Origin: Octopus sinensis
Taxonomy: Eukaryota
Assembly (NCBI RefSeq): GCF_006345805.1
Contig: NC_043002.1
Span: 32,054,001 to 32,118,000, forward strand
DNA length: 64,000 nt
Direction of reading: 5' to 3'
Within the stretch, counting starts at the first letter, position 1; every line of letters begins with the position of its first letter. Under the pieces are notes generated by a model. It did no database searches. It was not told where the DNA came from and worked only from the letters and a program-made list of their open reading frames with translations. This document shows positions 26,201 to 39,483 of the stretch, one piece after another. A program made the position numbers and the translations under genes.

Positions 26201-27109
26201 GTGTAGGGTTAGGGTTATCCTGGTTCTGGTTACCTGGTAGATCGTTTCTATTTTTTTTAAGATCCCAGTTTGGTTACCGCAATGGATAACGCGGTCCTTG
26301 TTGTCCCGGATGATGCAGATTAGGCATGAGTTTTGGCTTGTCATTAAAGTATTGACGGTGACAATAGGAGACGGGTCTCTTTGTACAGAGTTGACTTTTT
26401 GACATGATATCGATTCCTTGCTCTTCGAATGGATATATTTGTCAGTTCGTAGACTGATAGATCGAAAATTACCTCTTTTTTTTTTGGTAGCTATGCTTTC
26501 AGGCATAACTGCTTGGTTATGTTTTAAATTGAGCAATTAGTTTGCTCATTAATTTATTCGCTATTGGGAAGTCGCTTAGTTTTTACTTGGTTCGGCGTCG
26601 CTCTTGACACTTGTTTTTCTTTTATTTTCTGTGTGTATGTGTGTGCCATGTAAGTATTATTTATGTTGCTTGTAAATATTAACATGTTCACTTGGATGCA
26701 TGGAAAGTTGCATGTATAGGTAGTTATTCAGTTTCCATACTTACTGTGACATTAGTGTTTTCCCAAGCTTCCTGGTACTGGTTTCAACTTCTCGCGTATG
26801 TCGCATTGAGATATCGCGTACTTAAGAAAGAAACTACACATTATATAACAAAAGTTTTTCTGACTTTTGCTTTCCTCTGCTTTAACAAAATTTTTCCAAT
26901 AGTTGCATTGAGAAGTTTTCATTCCATTGCACCGATATTTTCGGATTAAGTTTCTTTTGTGGAGAGAGCTTTTTAGTGTAAGTACATGTTGTTATTTAGC
27001 CCGGGGCTATGATATTATTATCAATATCACCATCATGATCCTCATCACTATTATCACCAAAACCACCACCACCACTACTATCATCATCATTATTGTTGCC
27101 TTTGCACAG

Positions 27110-27975
27110 CTTCTAACGCTGGAGATGTATTACGGTGTCAGCTATTCACTACCACTGAACTAAAGTAACACCCATTATTTTTCGAGCACCTCCCGGAGTA
27201 TTCGAGCGGTTCTAAGCAGTGCTGTTTTCTGCAAGTGCTCCACTTTTATTGCATCCCATATTTGTTCCATGTACTTCTCAAGATTTTTACTCGCTATTCC
27301 AAAACCTTTTTTCATCTACCAAAACTGCTTAAGTTCCCAAGTTAACCTGTCATAAATATTGACTTTTCTTTCCACTTTATCTCATACCTTGGACATGGTA
27401 TATCTATGATCCAGTATCGTTTTCTTTCTTTCTCAATTAATACTGTGTCTGGCTTCCTATTCTCTATCTCATGTTCGCACTGAATCATAAAATCCTATAG
27501 GATCTTTGCTTTATCATTTTCGATGATGCGTTCGGGTTTATGGTCGTACCAAGTTTTTGCTCTGTCAAGTCCATACTTGTTACGAAGAGTCAATGGACAA
27601 GCCTTACCATATTGTCGTGGCGTCTCTTATATTCCTTCTGGGCTAGAGGCGTACATTGACTGGTAATATGCCATATGGTTTCACCATTTTGTCCACAAAT
27701 TCTGCACTTATCACTTTCTGATGTATTGTTTATTCTGTGTTTTATGTAATTTGTTCTTATTGCTTGCTCTAGGACAGCACAGATTAGAGCCTCCGTTTCG
27801 GGTTTTAAATCACTTTTAATCATCCACAACCATCTTTTTTCTGTCTGTCTTATCTTCAACATTTCTATGAAATTGTCCATGTATTCTTTTCTTTACCCAA
27901 ATATTTTCAGTTTCATTAGTTTCAATTGCTTGTACAGTGCTTAATCTTTGCAATCTTTCATCCTATACAAGCCTG
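27110..27975 (-). mobile_element. 3' part of an R4/Dong-like non-LTR retrotransposon
   Basis: LKPETEALICA..EQAIRTNY..CRICG..ETIWHITSQC.PLAQKEYKRRHD (CCHC plus RHD), followed by RLE-region remnants and an aat/gat tail. Confidence 0.9.
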
Positions 27976-28018
27976 ACTATGTGTCTAAACCGGAACGAAT
28001 TATCATTAGTTGTCATCA

Positions 28019-28225
28019 AAGCGGCGAGCTGGCGGAGTCATTAAAAGCGACGGACAAACTGCCTAGCGGTGCTTCTTACGTAACTACGTTTGGGTTCAAA
28101 TTAAAAAATGGTTGACTTCGCCTCTCAACCTTTCGGGGTGGGGGGATAATATAAGTACTATTCAAGCACTGAAACATGTAATCGATTTACTCCTCTCTTC
28201 AATAATTGCTGACTCTGTGCCAAAA
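28019..28225 (+). mobile_element. SINE family B, diverged copy
   Basis: gcggcgagctggcggag..gggttcaaa..cctttcgggg..aagtacta. Confidence 0.7.
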
Positions 28226-28993
28226 CTTTATTATTTTTGTTGTTTTATTTACATAAAAATATTTTCATTCATTTTTTTTTCCCCAAATATTATTTTCAAG
28301 TTCTTTTACGTTTTCTTTATTCGTAAAACATTTAATTATTGGTGTTGTCCTTGTTGTTATATATCTATTTATGCTATTTCTAGTATGTTTTTCCTCCGCT
28401 CTACGTATCAGACAACTTTATCAATGAATATATCTGCCAAATTCAACACCACATCATTCTCACACTCAATTGCTTTTTTATTTTTTTCAGTTACAGTATT
28501 TTAACTAGTATTTTGTCCTTGCCTCTTTTAAAACCCTCAGTGAAATTCATATCACACACACTGACACACACAAACACACTTACACACACACACAAAGACA
28601 CACAAGGATGTATGTATCTTGATAGCTACATATTCATATATGTCTGTATGACTGTATGTGCGTATGTATCTATGTATGTACGTTTGTATACATTGACATA
28701 TCCAACACAAGCATACATGCATACACTCACACACACCACACTCACACACACACACACACTCACACACACACACACACACACTCACACACACACACACACA
28801 TACACATATATATATACACACGGTTTTCTTAATATTCTTATTACTTTTATAATACTTTATATCCTATTGCCTTTTAATCGCATACATATGTACGCAGGCA
28901 TGAATGTGTGCATACACAATTGAATAGAAATATATGTATGCGTGTGTCCTCGGAGATTGTTGCGTGCATACGTGTATATGTCTAAACGTGTGT

Positions 28994-29048
<55 letters not shown>

Positions 29049-29548
29049 ATATGTATATCAATCGTGTTTGCGTCAGTAAAGCCAACGAGGCATCTGACAG
29101 TTTTTTCATGTTTTTAACATTATTATATTATATATTTGTTTTGATAATTTTTTTTTGATCCTCCCTCCCTCCCTCCTGTATTCTTTTTCTCGTTTTTGTA
29201 AAATTGCTTGCTTTACCGCTCGCCCCTGGGGCTAAATAACGACTTACAAATGAACGCGGAAGACACAAAATATGGGCTTATTAAATCGTGTGTGGTTGGT
29301 ATTCAGTAAACAGTTGAGTTTAAATGACTGACTTCTTCGGTAGCCATGTTGTTTCAGTGAGTGATGGAGGCGTAGCAAAAGTTTATATCAATATTTGTCT
29401 AACATAGCGTTATGGATTTCTGATGTTGATGCGGATCAGTGGCATGTTTATGAATGTGTGTACGTATGTATGTATGAATGCTGGTATGTATGTACGTATT
29501 TATGTATGTATGTATGCGTCTCTTATTCTCTCTTGCTCACTCTCTATT

Positions 29549-29583
<35 letters not shown>

Positions 29584-29622
29584 ACCTATCTATCTATGTG
29601 TGTGCGCGCATATGCATGTATA

Positions 29623-29665
<43 letters not shown>

Positions 29666-30247
29666 GTGTGTGTGTGTGTGTGTGCGTGTATATATACATA
29701 TATACATGGATATGGACAAACATTTACATATATATGTAATCTTTGTGAGTGTTCTTGTGCTTTTATCTATATATGTATATGTGTATGTATGTATATGTGT
29801 GTGCATACATACCTATTTATATATATATATATATATATATACATATATACTTTCACATAGATACACACATATATAGAGAGATAGGTGTATGTGTGTGTGT
29901 GTCTGTGTTTGTGAGTGTGTATGCGTTTCAACATGTGATTATGTATATAGAATATTATATATCTGCTCTGCTTACTTTTGGATTCAATATGTAGGCACAC
30001 GTGTCTTAAATGTGTATGCTTATGTTGTCGACGTCAGCTGTGTGCGCTTATGTGTATGCGAAGTGTATTCTGTATGTCGAGGCCATATGTGAAGCTAAAA
30101 GAAAACAGCGAAGGTTGAAAAAGAAAAATGAAAAACTGAGAAGGTCCTGATATGTTGAACATGTGGTTTTCATTAAATACACACAACTATTTCGTTAAAT
30201 GTCTCATTGGTGATTTTATTCTTTATATTATTGTTGCTGCTGTTATA

Positions 30248-30362
30248 TTCTTCTTCTTCTTCTTCTTCTCTTCTTCTTCTTCTTCTTCTTCTTCTTCTTC
30301 TTCTTTCTTCTTCTTCTTCTTCTTCTCTTCTTTCTTCTTCTTCTCTTCTTCTTCTTCTTCTT

Positions 30363-30395
<33 letters not shown>

Positions 30396-30512
30396 TTATT
30401 ATTATTATTATTATTATTATATTATTATTATTATTATTATTAGTAGTAGTAGTAGTAGTAGTAGTAGTGTAGTAGTAGTAGTAGTAGTAGTAGTAGTTGT
30501 TGTTGTTGTTGC
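30248..30512. repeat. Compound trinucleotide array (TTC)n-(TTA)n-(GTA)n-(GTT)n
   Basis: Visible directly. Confidence 0.95.
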
Positions 30513-30804
30513 TTTTGTTATGGTACTTCTAGTAATATTAGTGGTGGCTGTGGTATTGGAAGCAGTGGAACAAGTTCTTGCTATTTTTATTGTTACTGTT
30601 GATGAAGATTCTGGTGGTGGTAGTGGTGGTGGTGGTGGTGGTGGCTCTGGTGATGGTGCTGGTGATGCTGGTGATGCTAATGCTAGTGATAATGGAGGTG
30701 GTAGTAGCGTTGACGTGCTCGTATTTTTTGTAGACGTACGTTTTTGGTGTTACGGGAAAAAGTGTTCTTCCTAAAACAGCTTAATGACAAGCAGCTTAAT
30801 GAAA

Positions 30805-31210
30805 TGAGGAGGATATGGAGAAGGAGGAGGAGGAGAAAAGAAGGGGGGAGGAGAAGGGATGGGAGGAGGAGGATGCGGTGGGAGGGGGGGGAGGAGAAGG
30901 GAAGGGAAGGAGAAGAAAGAGAAGGAGGAGTAGGAGGAGTAGGAGGAGGCTAGAGGAGTAGGAGGATGGCGGAGGGTGGTGGAGGAGGAGGGTGGTGGTG
31001 GAGGAGGAGGAGGGTTGAGGAGAGGAGTAGAAAGAAGAAAAAAGGAAGAAGAACAAGGAGAAGAACAAGGAAAAGAAGAACAAGAAGAAGAACAAGAAGA
31101 ACAAGAAGAAGAAGAAGAAGAAGAAGAAGAAGAAGAAGAAGAAGAAGAAGAAGAAGAAGAAGAAGAAGAAGAAGATGAAGATGAAGAAGAAGAAGATGAA
31201 GAAGAAAAAG
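30805..31210. repeat. Polypurine (GGA)n/(GAA)n tract
   Basis: Visible directly. Confidence 0.95.
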
Positions 31211-31504
31211 CGGAGGTCACAACATCATCATCCCAGCAATACCAATCAATCAGACTTATGACCACCAACATGTCTGTAATATATCAATATTTTATTTAGT
31301 TATTTATTTGTTTATTTGTTTATTTTATAAATAACCTCACTAATTGGTTTCGTAGGAAACATATATCTTAATAGTCTTCATGATTTTTGTACGAACCTGA
31401 AAGAATAAATAGCAAAGAGTATGAAAGTGGTCTTTGAAAATGGAATTGATGTCCTTGGATATTGCTTTATAACATTCTCTATTATCATTGTTATGATGAA
31501 GACG

Positions 31505-31715
31505 AAGAGCTGACTGAATTGTCTACATGCCGGGAAAAATGCTTAGCAGCATTTCGTCCGTCTTTACGTTCTGAGTTCAAATTCCACCAATGCTGATTTT
31601 TGCCTTTCATCCTTTCGGGGCCAATAAATCAAGTAACAACTGAAACACGGGCTGATGTATTCTTCTAGTAGATTCCACCAAAATTTCAGGCCTTCTGTCT
31701 TTAGCAAAAAGGATT
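31505..31715 (+). mobile_element. SINE family B copy
   Basis: aaatgcttagcagcatttcgtcc..ctgagttcaaattcc..gcctttcatcctttcgggg. Confidence 0.8.
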
Positions 31716-31959
31716 ATTATTATTATGGTTAAAGTCGAGAGTGCTGGAGTGAGTCGGTAGAGCTGCGAATAAGTAACGTTGCAGTTTTATTACTGGTGAA
31801 AGTTCATATGGTACCCAGTATCAGCTTTTATATAATGTCAAATCTTAAGTGTTATTCAAGTCCTGAATTCAGTTGAATCTGCTCAATCACTTTCTCGTAA
31901 ATTTTGCGTTTCTCAGAAAAAAAAGAGTAAGTAGACCTACCTCAAGAACATCATCTTCT

Positions 31960-33377
31960 AACCCCATGGACCTTACACAGCTCTACAATTCCTTGTGCCA
32001 TCCAGGCATGGCGTGATTGCTCCATTTCGTGCGGTCAAAGAATCTACAATTTTCCACCCATAACATAAAATCTGTGACACCTCAATGTCCCACATGCGCC
32101 GAACTGAAGTCTAAATTTTTTGTGCCACCGACAGCGAATCTTTTGAAGGCCACTCAGCCGTTCGAGAGATTAAGTATAGACTTCCAGTGTCCACTCGCAT
32201 CCACTATTCACAAAAAATGTCAAAAAAGTTATCGATGAATTTTCTCACTTGACATATGCGGTCGCATGTTCCTGCCAGTTATTTTCGATTTATGGACGCC
32301 CTTCTTTCATCCATTATGATCGTGGCGCTGTCTTTATCTCAACTGAACTGAATCAATTCCTCCATGATAAAGGCATAGTAACCAGCAGGATGACCCCGTA
32401 CAATCCAGCGGGAAATGGCCAAGTTGAAAGCTTCAATTCAACCTTATGGAAAACCATTACTTTGGCAATGAAGACTAAGGGATTGAATGCGAGTTACTAG
32501 CAGCGCGTATTCCTTGATGCTCTGCGCTCCTCCTCAGTACGGTCACTAACACCAAGCCTCACGAGAGGCTGTTCAATTTTCCCCGCCGCTCAACTTTTGT
32601 ATCCTCACTACGAGAATGTCTACTGAAGAATGAACTTGTGTTCCTGAAGAAACAACAGCAGTTCTCACAATACGATCTAGCAGTAGAAAAGGTTGAATTA
32701 CTTGAATGCAATCCACAGTACGCTCATGTACGCTTATCGAGCGGCAAAGAGGAAAATATTTCGTTGAAACATCTGGCTCCGGGTGAGATACACAATTTCC
32801 CGATCCACCGACCGAGCTTGATACCGCGGGCAAACACCGGTACTTGAAACCGGAACGAGTGGTATCGATCCTCAACAAAAAACTAACAGCTCTATACTTA
32901 ATATTGTTGAGCAATTGAAAGTTGGTCAACAGCGCCTACACTCACACAACTTGAGAAACCGAAAGGCTGGTCAACAGCATCTAAACTCATACAACTTGTA
33001 AGGTCGAAAGACATTAAATTATCCAGAATTTCGTAATGCCCCATCTTATATTTTGATGCTTAAGAACTTTACGAACTCACCTGGTCGTATTCAGATTTTT
33101 CAACGGGGAAGAATGTGGCAATAATTACTGTTATTATTGCTATAATTATACATGTTAAATTCACTACTGTTTGTATTGCTACAGCCAGTTGAAAACGAGG
33201 CTTTGGAATGAAAACGAGGTATAGAAATGGTATTCAATCATGGATATCTGCTGACCAGCCAGGTTCACGTATAAAGCTACTTTTGACGGATACTTTACTC
33301 TCGTTCTTACTTGAGTAAATCCTACATACAGTCAATCTTTTCAGCCTCCTGTATTAACGAAATTAAGAATTGCTACA
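31960..33377 (+). mobile_element. Second decayed Gypsy element: integrase fragment plus 3' LTR, related to the 2340-5925 element
   Basis: LCHPG..LHFVRSKNL..CPTC, QPFERLSIDF, HYDRG, PYNPAGNGQVE, NPQYAHVR; purine tract ggggaagaa then LTR TGTGGCAAT...ATTGCTACA at 33114-33377. Confidence 0.9.
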
Positions 33378-33662
33378 CTACTACAAATAGTACCGGTATT
33401 GTATCTTTATTATTTGGTTTTTGATTTTATTCCTTCTAACCGTTCATTCCAAAGGAGAAAATCAATAGGCTAATGAAAAACAAAAATAGAAAAGAAAAAA
33501 ATCGAGTGCAGATTTGGAAATATGTGATGTCCATATTTTCAAGGTTGTTAGCGTATCAATTGCAATAAATTACCGTTAATTATCTTTTATACCTACTTTA
33601 CTCGATTTTCAATCATAAAAGTAACTACACTTGCATGCATTTTATGGCATATTCATACATAT

Positions 33663-33697
<35 letters not shown>

Positions 33698-33699
33698 GT

Positions 33700-33900
33700 G
33701 TGGGTGGATGGAGGTGTGTGTGTGAAGTTCAAATTTACAGAAAACGAAAGAGGAAAACAGGTGAAGGAACAAGTGTATTAGTTTAACGTTCGGGAAGAAT
33801 GGAAAAGTCTTTACCGTTTCGAGCCTACGCTCTTCCAGCATAACGGTTCAACATGATGAAATAACCGGAAGAAAGAGGCTGAGTGAAAGGGAGACAATAA
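33700..33900 (-). mobile_element. Dispersed repeat with gaagagcgtaggctcgaaacg motif (probable Penelope-like terminal fragment)
   Basis: The same 21-mer recurs on + at ~37978; hammerhead-like layout. Confidence 0.45.
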
Positions 33901-34074
33901 CGGCGACCCGGCCGGTCAAATTCATACGTCTGAGAGGCAGCATAAATAATTGATTCTTTTACCCTTAAGTGACGTTGTAGTTTTCTAATTGAAATTTATC
34001 AATCCCAAGTGATCCTGTATATCTATCTTGGCTACAATCTATTTACATATTCTGCAATATTGCGCTGACACAAA

Positions 34075-34285
34075 GGTGGCGAGCTGGCAGAAACGTCAGC
34101 ACGCCGGGAAAAATGCTTAGCGGTATTTCGTGTGTCTTTACGTTCTGAATTCAAATTCCGCCGAGGTCGACTTGACTCTCATCCTTTCGAGTCGATAAAT
34201 TAAGTACCTGTTGCGTACTGGGGTCAATCTAATCGACTGGCCAATTCCCCCCAAAATTCGGGCCTTGTGCCTAGAGTATGAAAAC
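34075..34285 (+). mobile_element. SINE family B, monomeric full copy
   Basis: ggtggcgagctggcagaaacgtcagc..ttcaaattccgccgaggtcgac..gataaattaagtacc..gggccttgtgcctagagta. Confidence 0.9.
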
Positions 34286-34494
34286 TATTGAGCTGGAACT
34301 AAATGCACATAAATACCTACGTACATATGAGTGCGTGTGTGTGTGTGTGAGTGTTTGTACGTACACACACACACATATATATATATATAAAGAGTTTTAA
34401 ATCTAGGCATTGTTCAAGATATATACATTATATAATAATAATAATAATAAAATGACAACAAAAGAATGAGACCTCGATATTATGTAAATAGAGG

Positions 34495-34536
<42 letters not shown>

Positions 34537-34537
<1 letters not shown>

Positions 34538-34757
34538 ATAGGACAATCAGTAAGCTGTCATGATATAACTGAAAGTTTCAAATACCGGAGCTAAGAGCTT
34601 CTTTTAAATATTTTTCATGCCTATTAGAGTAACTTCCTTTTTATTCAACAGTTTTTTTCATGGCATCCATCGTGAAAATAGCCGATGAAAATGCCTCGAA
34701 GCTCTTATCTCCGGCATTTGAATCTCAGACTTCTATCATGACAAGTTACGGACTGTC

Positions 34758-34762
<5 letters not shown>
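34537..34762. repeat. Fold-back element B between two (TA)n tracts
   Basis: gacaatcagtaagctgtcatgata..ttcaaataccggagctaagagcttc pairs with gaagctcttatctccggcatttgaa..tatcatgacaagttacggactgtc. Confidence 0.85.
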
Positions 34763-34827
<65 letters not shown>

Positions 34828-36389
34828 CTCTTCCGTGGTGGGTAGAATCAACAAAGTACTCCAGCCGGTGTATTATTTAAAATGCATAGGAAAAAAGCTA
34901 CTATTAGTTTCATGCTGTCGAGATACGATAATTAGGCAGAATTATGTAAGATTTCATGTCTCTCCAAGCGATTTTTCAGGCTCAGTGCACACCATTAGAC
35001 GTATTTGAAAGCAAGAACACTGATCTATGATAAAACTTGAGATAAAACTGAAAGAGGAATGCAAGGAAGATTGATGCAAAATGTGGAACGAAAAAAAAAA
35101 GGAAAAATAAGAAAATCAAAATCTTCGTCCTTGTTGTCTGTAGAAATCATATTTAATATAGGTGGCTAAGAATAATATAACAGAGAGGAAGCTACATCCG
35201 TGTAACAGCTACTCGATACAGAGAGGGTGGTTCCTTCAATTCCACAAAAGAGATTTGTCTGTGTTTTCAATCTGAAGACCACGCCACATATAATCAAGTG
35301 GTGAATTGTGAATAAATCCCTACCATTTATAAAAGGATAAAAAAAGAGTCGTTTATGCGTGGCTGACTGATCGCACATTCTTGTTAGATTTCAAATTTCA
35401 CCCTCAATACTTAATTCTAGATCTGAATGTTTCAGCAGATACAAGTCCATGGACAAATTCCTTTCAGTCTCTGGTAATTTGCATTTTTTCACACCAATCT
35501 TAAATCTCAGTCGTTGGCGCATTCGGTAGCGTGAAACTTGATACGAGCTACGTTACATGTTACGGCAAAAAGAACATTCAGTTTATAATAAAAACATATT
35601 CACTCTGTGATTTGGGTACTTTTATCTTCGTTTTTAAAGTCGAATGTTCCCCAATCCACAGATACACATACAATGTTAGTGTACGTGTGTGAGTGTGTGT
35701 CTATGTGTGTTTATGTATGTATGTATGTATGTTTATGTATGTATGTATGTATGTATGTATGTATGTATGTATGTATGTATGTATGTATGTATGTATGTTT
35801 GTGTGTGTGTATGCGTGCATGTATGTATGTGCCTGCCTGTACGTGGGCGTGTGTGTGTGTGCATATGTGCGTGAACATTCAGGAATAGCCAAATGAATAT
35901 GTATTCTCTTATTTCTGCATTTTCTCTTTATATTTCTGGTTTTCGAATGCTGAAAAATTTACAACGCAGCAGCAACAACAACAACAACAACAACAACTAC
36001 TACTACTACTACTACTACTATAGTAACAACAACTAAATCACTAACAACAAAAGAAGCCTGCCATTTTCAGGATGTCTTTAAATAAAAAGAAAAACCACCA
36101 GTCCTCTGTTAAAAATCAATGCGTGTGTAATTTTAAATATTGAAAATGGCGAACCAAAAGGCCAGTATGGAGAAGAGAACGACAGTGAAGAAATAATGCA
36201 TTAAATGTCGCGATGAAATTAAAAAATAGAATGTTTTGATGATTATCATTAATGATATTCCTTGTCGGATTGTGTTGTATTGTTATTGTTGTTGTTCTTT
36301 CTTTTTTTTTTTGGTTTCGTTTTTGTTGTCTTTTCTCATGTTCCTAAACATGATTGTTATTTTGCTTGCCATTGAAGGTAAGGCTTGGG

Positions 36390-36500
36390 ATTGTGATGAT
36401 GATGATGGCAATGATGATGCCGTCGCCGCCGCCGACGACGATGATAACGATTACGACGATGAATAAATATAGTGACGGTGGTGATGGTGATGGCGATGGC

Positions 36501-36546
<46 letters not shown>

Positions 36547-36553
36547 GTATTGG

Positions 36554-36584
<31 letters not shown>

Positions 36585-36680
36585 GGTGGTGGTGGTGGTG
36601 GTGGTGGTGGTGGTAGTGGTGATGATGATGATGATGTTGATGATGATGATGATGACGACGGTTGTGATGATGGTGACGTT
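36390..36680. repeat. (GAT)n/(GGT)n trinucleotide array
   Basis: Visible directly. Confidence 0.95.
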
Positions 36681-37194
36681 GTCATTGAAAATGTCTCACA
36701 TTTTGTGGAATCAACAGAAATATAAATGCGAAAAGCTCCGAGATAAAGCGATGATGAAAGAGAAAAAATAGGAGGAGCGGGAAGGAATTTAGAAGCCTTA
36801 TAATGATAGAGTGTAAGGGAAAGATAAAAAAAAAACAAGAGAGTGAGAGAAAAAAGGAGGGGTAGAGAATGAAAATATAAGAGAGAGAGAGAGACGGTGG
36901 GGTTAGTCGCGGTAGGATTTGTTTGAAATCAGAGGAAGAATGAAAAGAATAGACTGAAATATAAGCAAAGCATATAGAAACACATGCATCCATATAGAAA
37001 CACAATAACATATACATACTGATATAAATACATGTACACACACACGCGCGCTCCAGCTTATGTAGTTATTCGTTAAGAAAATGAATTCTAAGGTAGATTA
37101 GTTATGTGAGTGCTCGATAAAACTTATGTTTTAGAGTGATATGGTATTGTCTAACTGACCAAAATAATAGTTCGCAGAATGACTATCTATATAT

Positions 37195-37565
37195 AATAAT
37201 CCTTTCTACTATAGGCACAAGGTATAAATTTGAAGATAGGAGCTGGTCGATTACATCGATCCCAAAACTAAAATGGTACTTATTTTATCGGCCCCGGAAC
37301 GATAAAAACCAAAATAAACTTCGGCGAAATTTGAACTCCGAACGTAAAGACGGACGAAATGCCGCTCAGCACATACTTCGGTTAACATTTCTGCCAGTTC
37401 TCTATCTTATATCTATACGTAATACTGATTTAAAATTTTGGCACAAGGACAGCAATTATCGAGGGAGGGCGAAAATCGTTTACATCAACCCCAGTTATTT
37501 TATCTACCCTGAGGGATGAAAGGCAAAATCGACCTCAGAGACGGAATTTGAGCTCAGAACATAAA
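37195..37565 (-). mobile_element. Two adjacent diverged SINE family B pieces
   Basis: cctttctactataggcacaagg.. and gatgaaaggcaaaatcgacc..atttgagctcagaac are family B reverse complements. Confidence 0.7.
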
Positions 37566-37573
37566 GTTACACA

Positions 37574-37626
<53 letters not shown>

Positions 37627-37799
37627 ACCCGTGCTTTCCCCACTCTCGCCTCCCCCACCTCCCAACAACATCACACAACACTACACCATACAACATTACA
37701 CATCACAACACACCACCCACACACCCATCCCCACATTTTCACACCTACACATACATACACACACACGTCCAGATCACTAGCCTTCTTTCACACGCACAT

Positions 37800-38100
37800 A
37801 CATACTCTCTTATACACAGATGCACCTTTGTGTTGGGGGTCATCTTTACTTTGTTATCTCCCCTACCTTCCCTCTTGTGTGTGACCCTTCAGTCCGAGTC
37901 AGTCGCCATGATAGATCGTTAGCCACTACACACATTATTTTTCTCTCCTTGTTTCTCCCCTTGTGTCCCTTTCTATAGAAGAGCGTAGGCTCGAAACGTA
38001 AAAGACGTTTTCTATTCCTGAGCGTTATACTAATACACCTGTTTGTTTTGTACACCACCTGTCTTCGTCTTTTGTTTTTTTCGTAAACTCTCCCTATATG
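37800..38100 (+). mobile_element. Dispersed repeat with hammerhead-like motif, ending in (TA)n (probable Penelope-like terminal fragment)
   Basis: ctttctatagaagagcgtaggctcgaaacgtaaaagac; shared with ~33810 (-). Confidence 0.45.
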
Positions 38101-38214
38101 TATATATATATATATAATATATATATATATAACCCTCCACCAACTATTCTGCCTATATATCTGTACGCACCTTTCAATGCAATGTGTGCAAATTCTAATT
38201 GATCCATCATGTCC

Positions 38215-38500
38215 GTTTGATTCCAGGATCGCAGAGAAGACGAAAAAAAAGAAAGAAGTACAATCCCTTAAAATTTGAAGTTACAGATTTTTGAATATGA
38301 AATTGTAAATATGTAAAGTTTGTGTCTATGATAACTACTGCATTGGGAACTGTAGGCAAAGATATAGACAAATGATTGAAGGAGATTGGAATCGAATGTA
38401 TTGTAGAGCTTTTACAGAAAGTTTTGGTCTTAGGGACAGGTAAGATTATCAGAGATTTGTAAGTACTGGAAAGACAATTGAAAGCTAGTGGGTACCTAAA
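38215..38500 (+). mobile_element. 3' terminal fragment of an R4/Dong-like RLE element
   Basis: KYNPLKFEV..ALGTVGKDIDK.LKEIGI..ELLQKVLVLGTGKIIR resembles the RLE C-terminal K.Y..L..ALG..LQK..LGT..I.R pattern. Confidence 0.65.
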
Positions 38501-38505
38501 GTTAC

Positions 38506-38661
38506 GTGTGGTAAGTAGCTTGCTTATGAACTACATGGTTCCGGGTTCAGTCCCACTGCGTGGCATCTTGGGCAAATGTCTTCTACTATAGCCTCGGGCC
38601 GACCAAAGCCTTGTGAGTGGATTTGGTAGACGGAAACTGAAAGAAGCCTGTCGTATGTATG

Positions 38662-38696
<35 letters not shown>

Positions 38697-38900
38697 TTCT
38701 GTGTCTGTGTTTGTCCCCCTAGCATTGCTTGACAACCGATGCTGGTGTGTTTACGTCCCCGTCACTTAGCGGTTCGGCAAAAAGAGACCGATAGAATAAG
38801 TACTGGGCTTACAAAGAATAAGTCCCGGGGTCGATTTGCTCGACTAAAGGCTGTGCTCCAGCATGGCCGCAGTCAAATGACTGAAAAAAGTAAAAGTAAG
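38506..38900 (+). mobile_element. SINE family A, near-consensus copy
   Basis: gtgtggtaagtagcttgc..ccgggttcagtcccactgcgtggc..gcagtcaaatgactgaaaaaagtaaaagta. Confidence 0.92.
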
Positions 38901-39483
38901 TAACTCTCTACCCACATAAATTCTGCCAGAATTATTGAGTCAAATCAATAGTAATAATTATAACATATAGATCTTGGATGGTGATTGATTTCCCCATCTC
39001 GTTACTTCGTATAGAGAAAGGGAGAGAAACACAGAGAGAGAGAGAGAGTAGTAGTAGTAGTAATGGTGGTGGTGGTGATGGTGGTGGTAGAAACAAGTAA
39101 TACAGGTGATACATGATGAGACACAAGCTAGGACTGGTGGCAGGCAATGAGTAAACGAATGCTATATATACAAAGTGAGAGAGAAAGAATCATAGAGAGA
39201 AAGGCGGAGGAGGATAGCGAGTTAATGAGAGGGTAGTTATGGAAGGAGATATACACGTGAGAGGTTATGTTTCTTTAATTTTATTTTGAGATAAATATTT
39301 TCTGTTTATAATTAACATTCGAATAAACAGGAAAAAAGTTGATAAAAGTTAAAACATAATTATTGTGTGTATGACAAATTTCCTGATTATTATGTGTGGT
39401 GGCAAAATTATACTTCCAAAATTATTGATCATACGTCGGATAGCACTAGAGTCAAAATAATTATAAATACTACCAGGACACAG

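Noticed and set aside
30152-31299. Poly-E, poly-S and poly-R ORFs resembling acidic or low-complexity proteins
   Set aside because: Pure trinucleotide repeats open in several frames on both strands, with no splice or domain evidence
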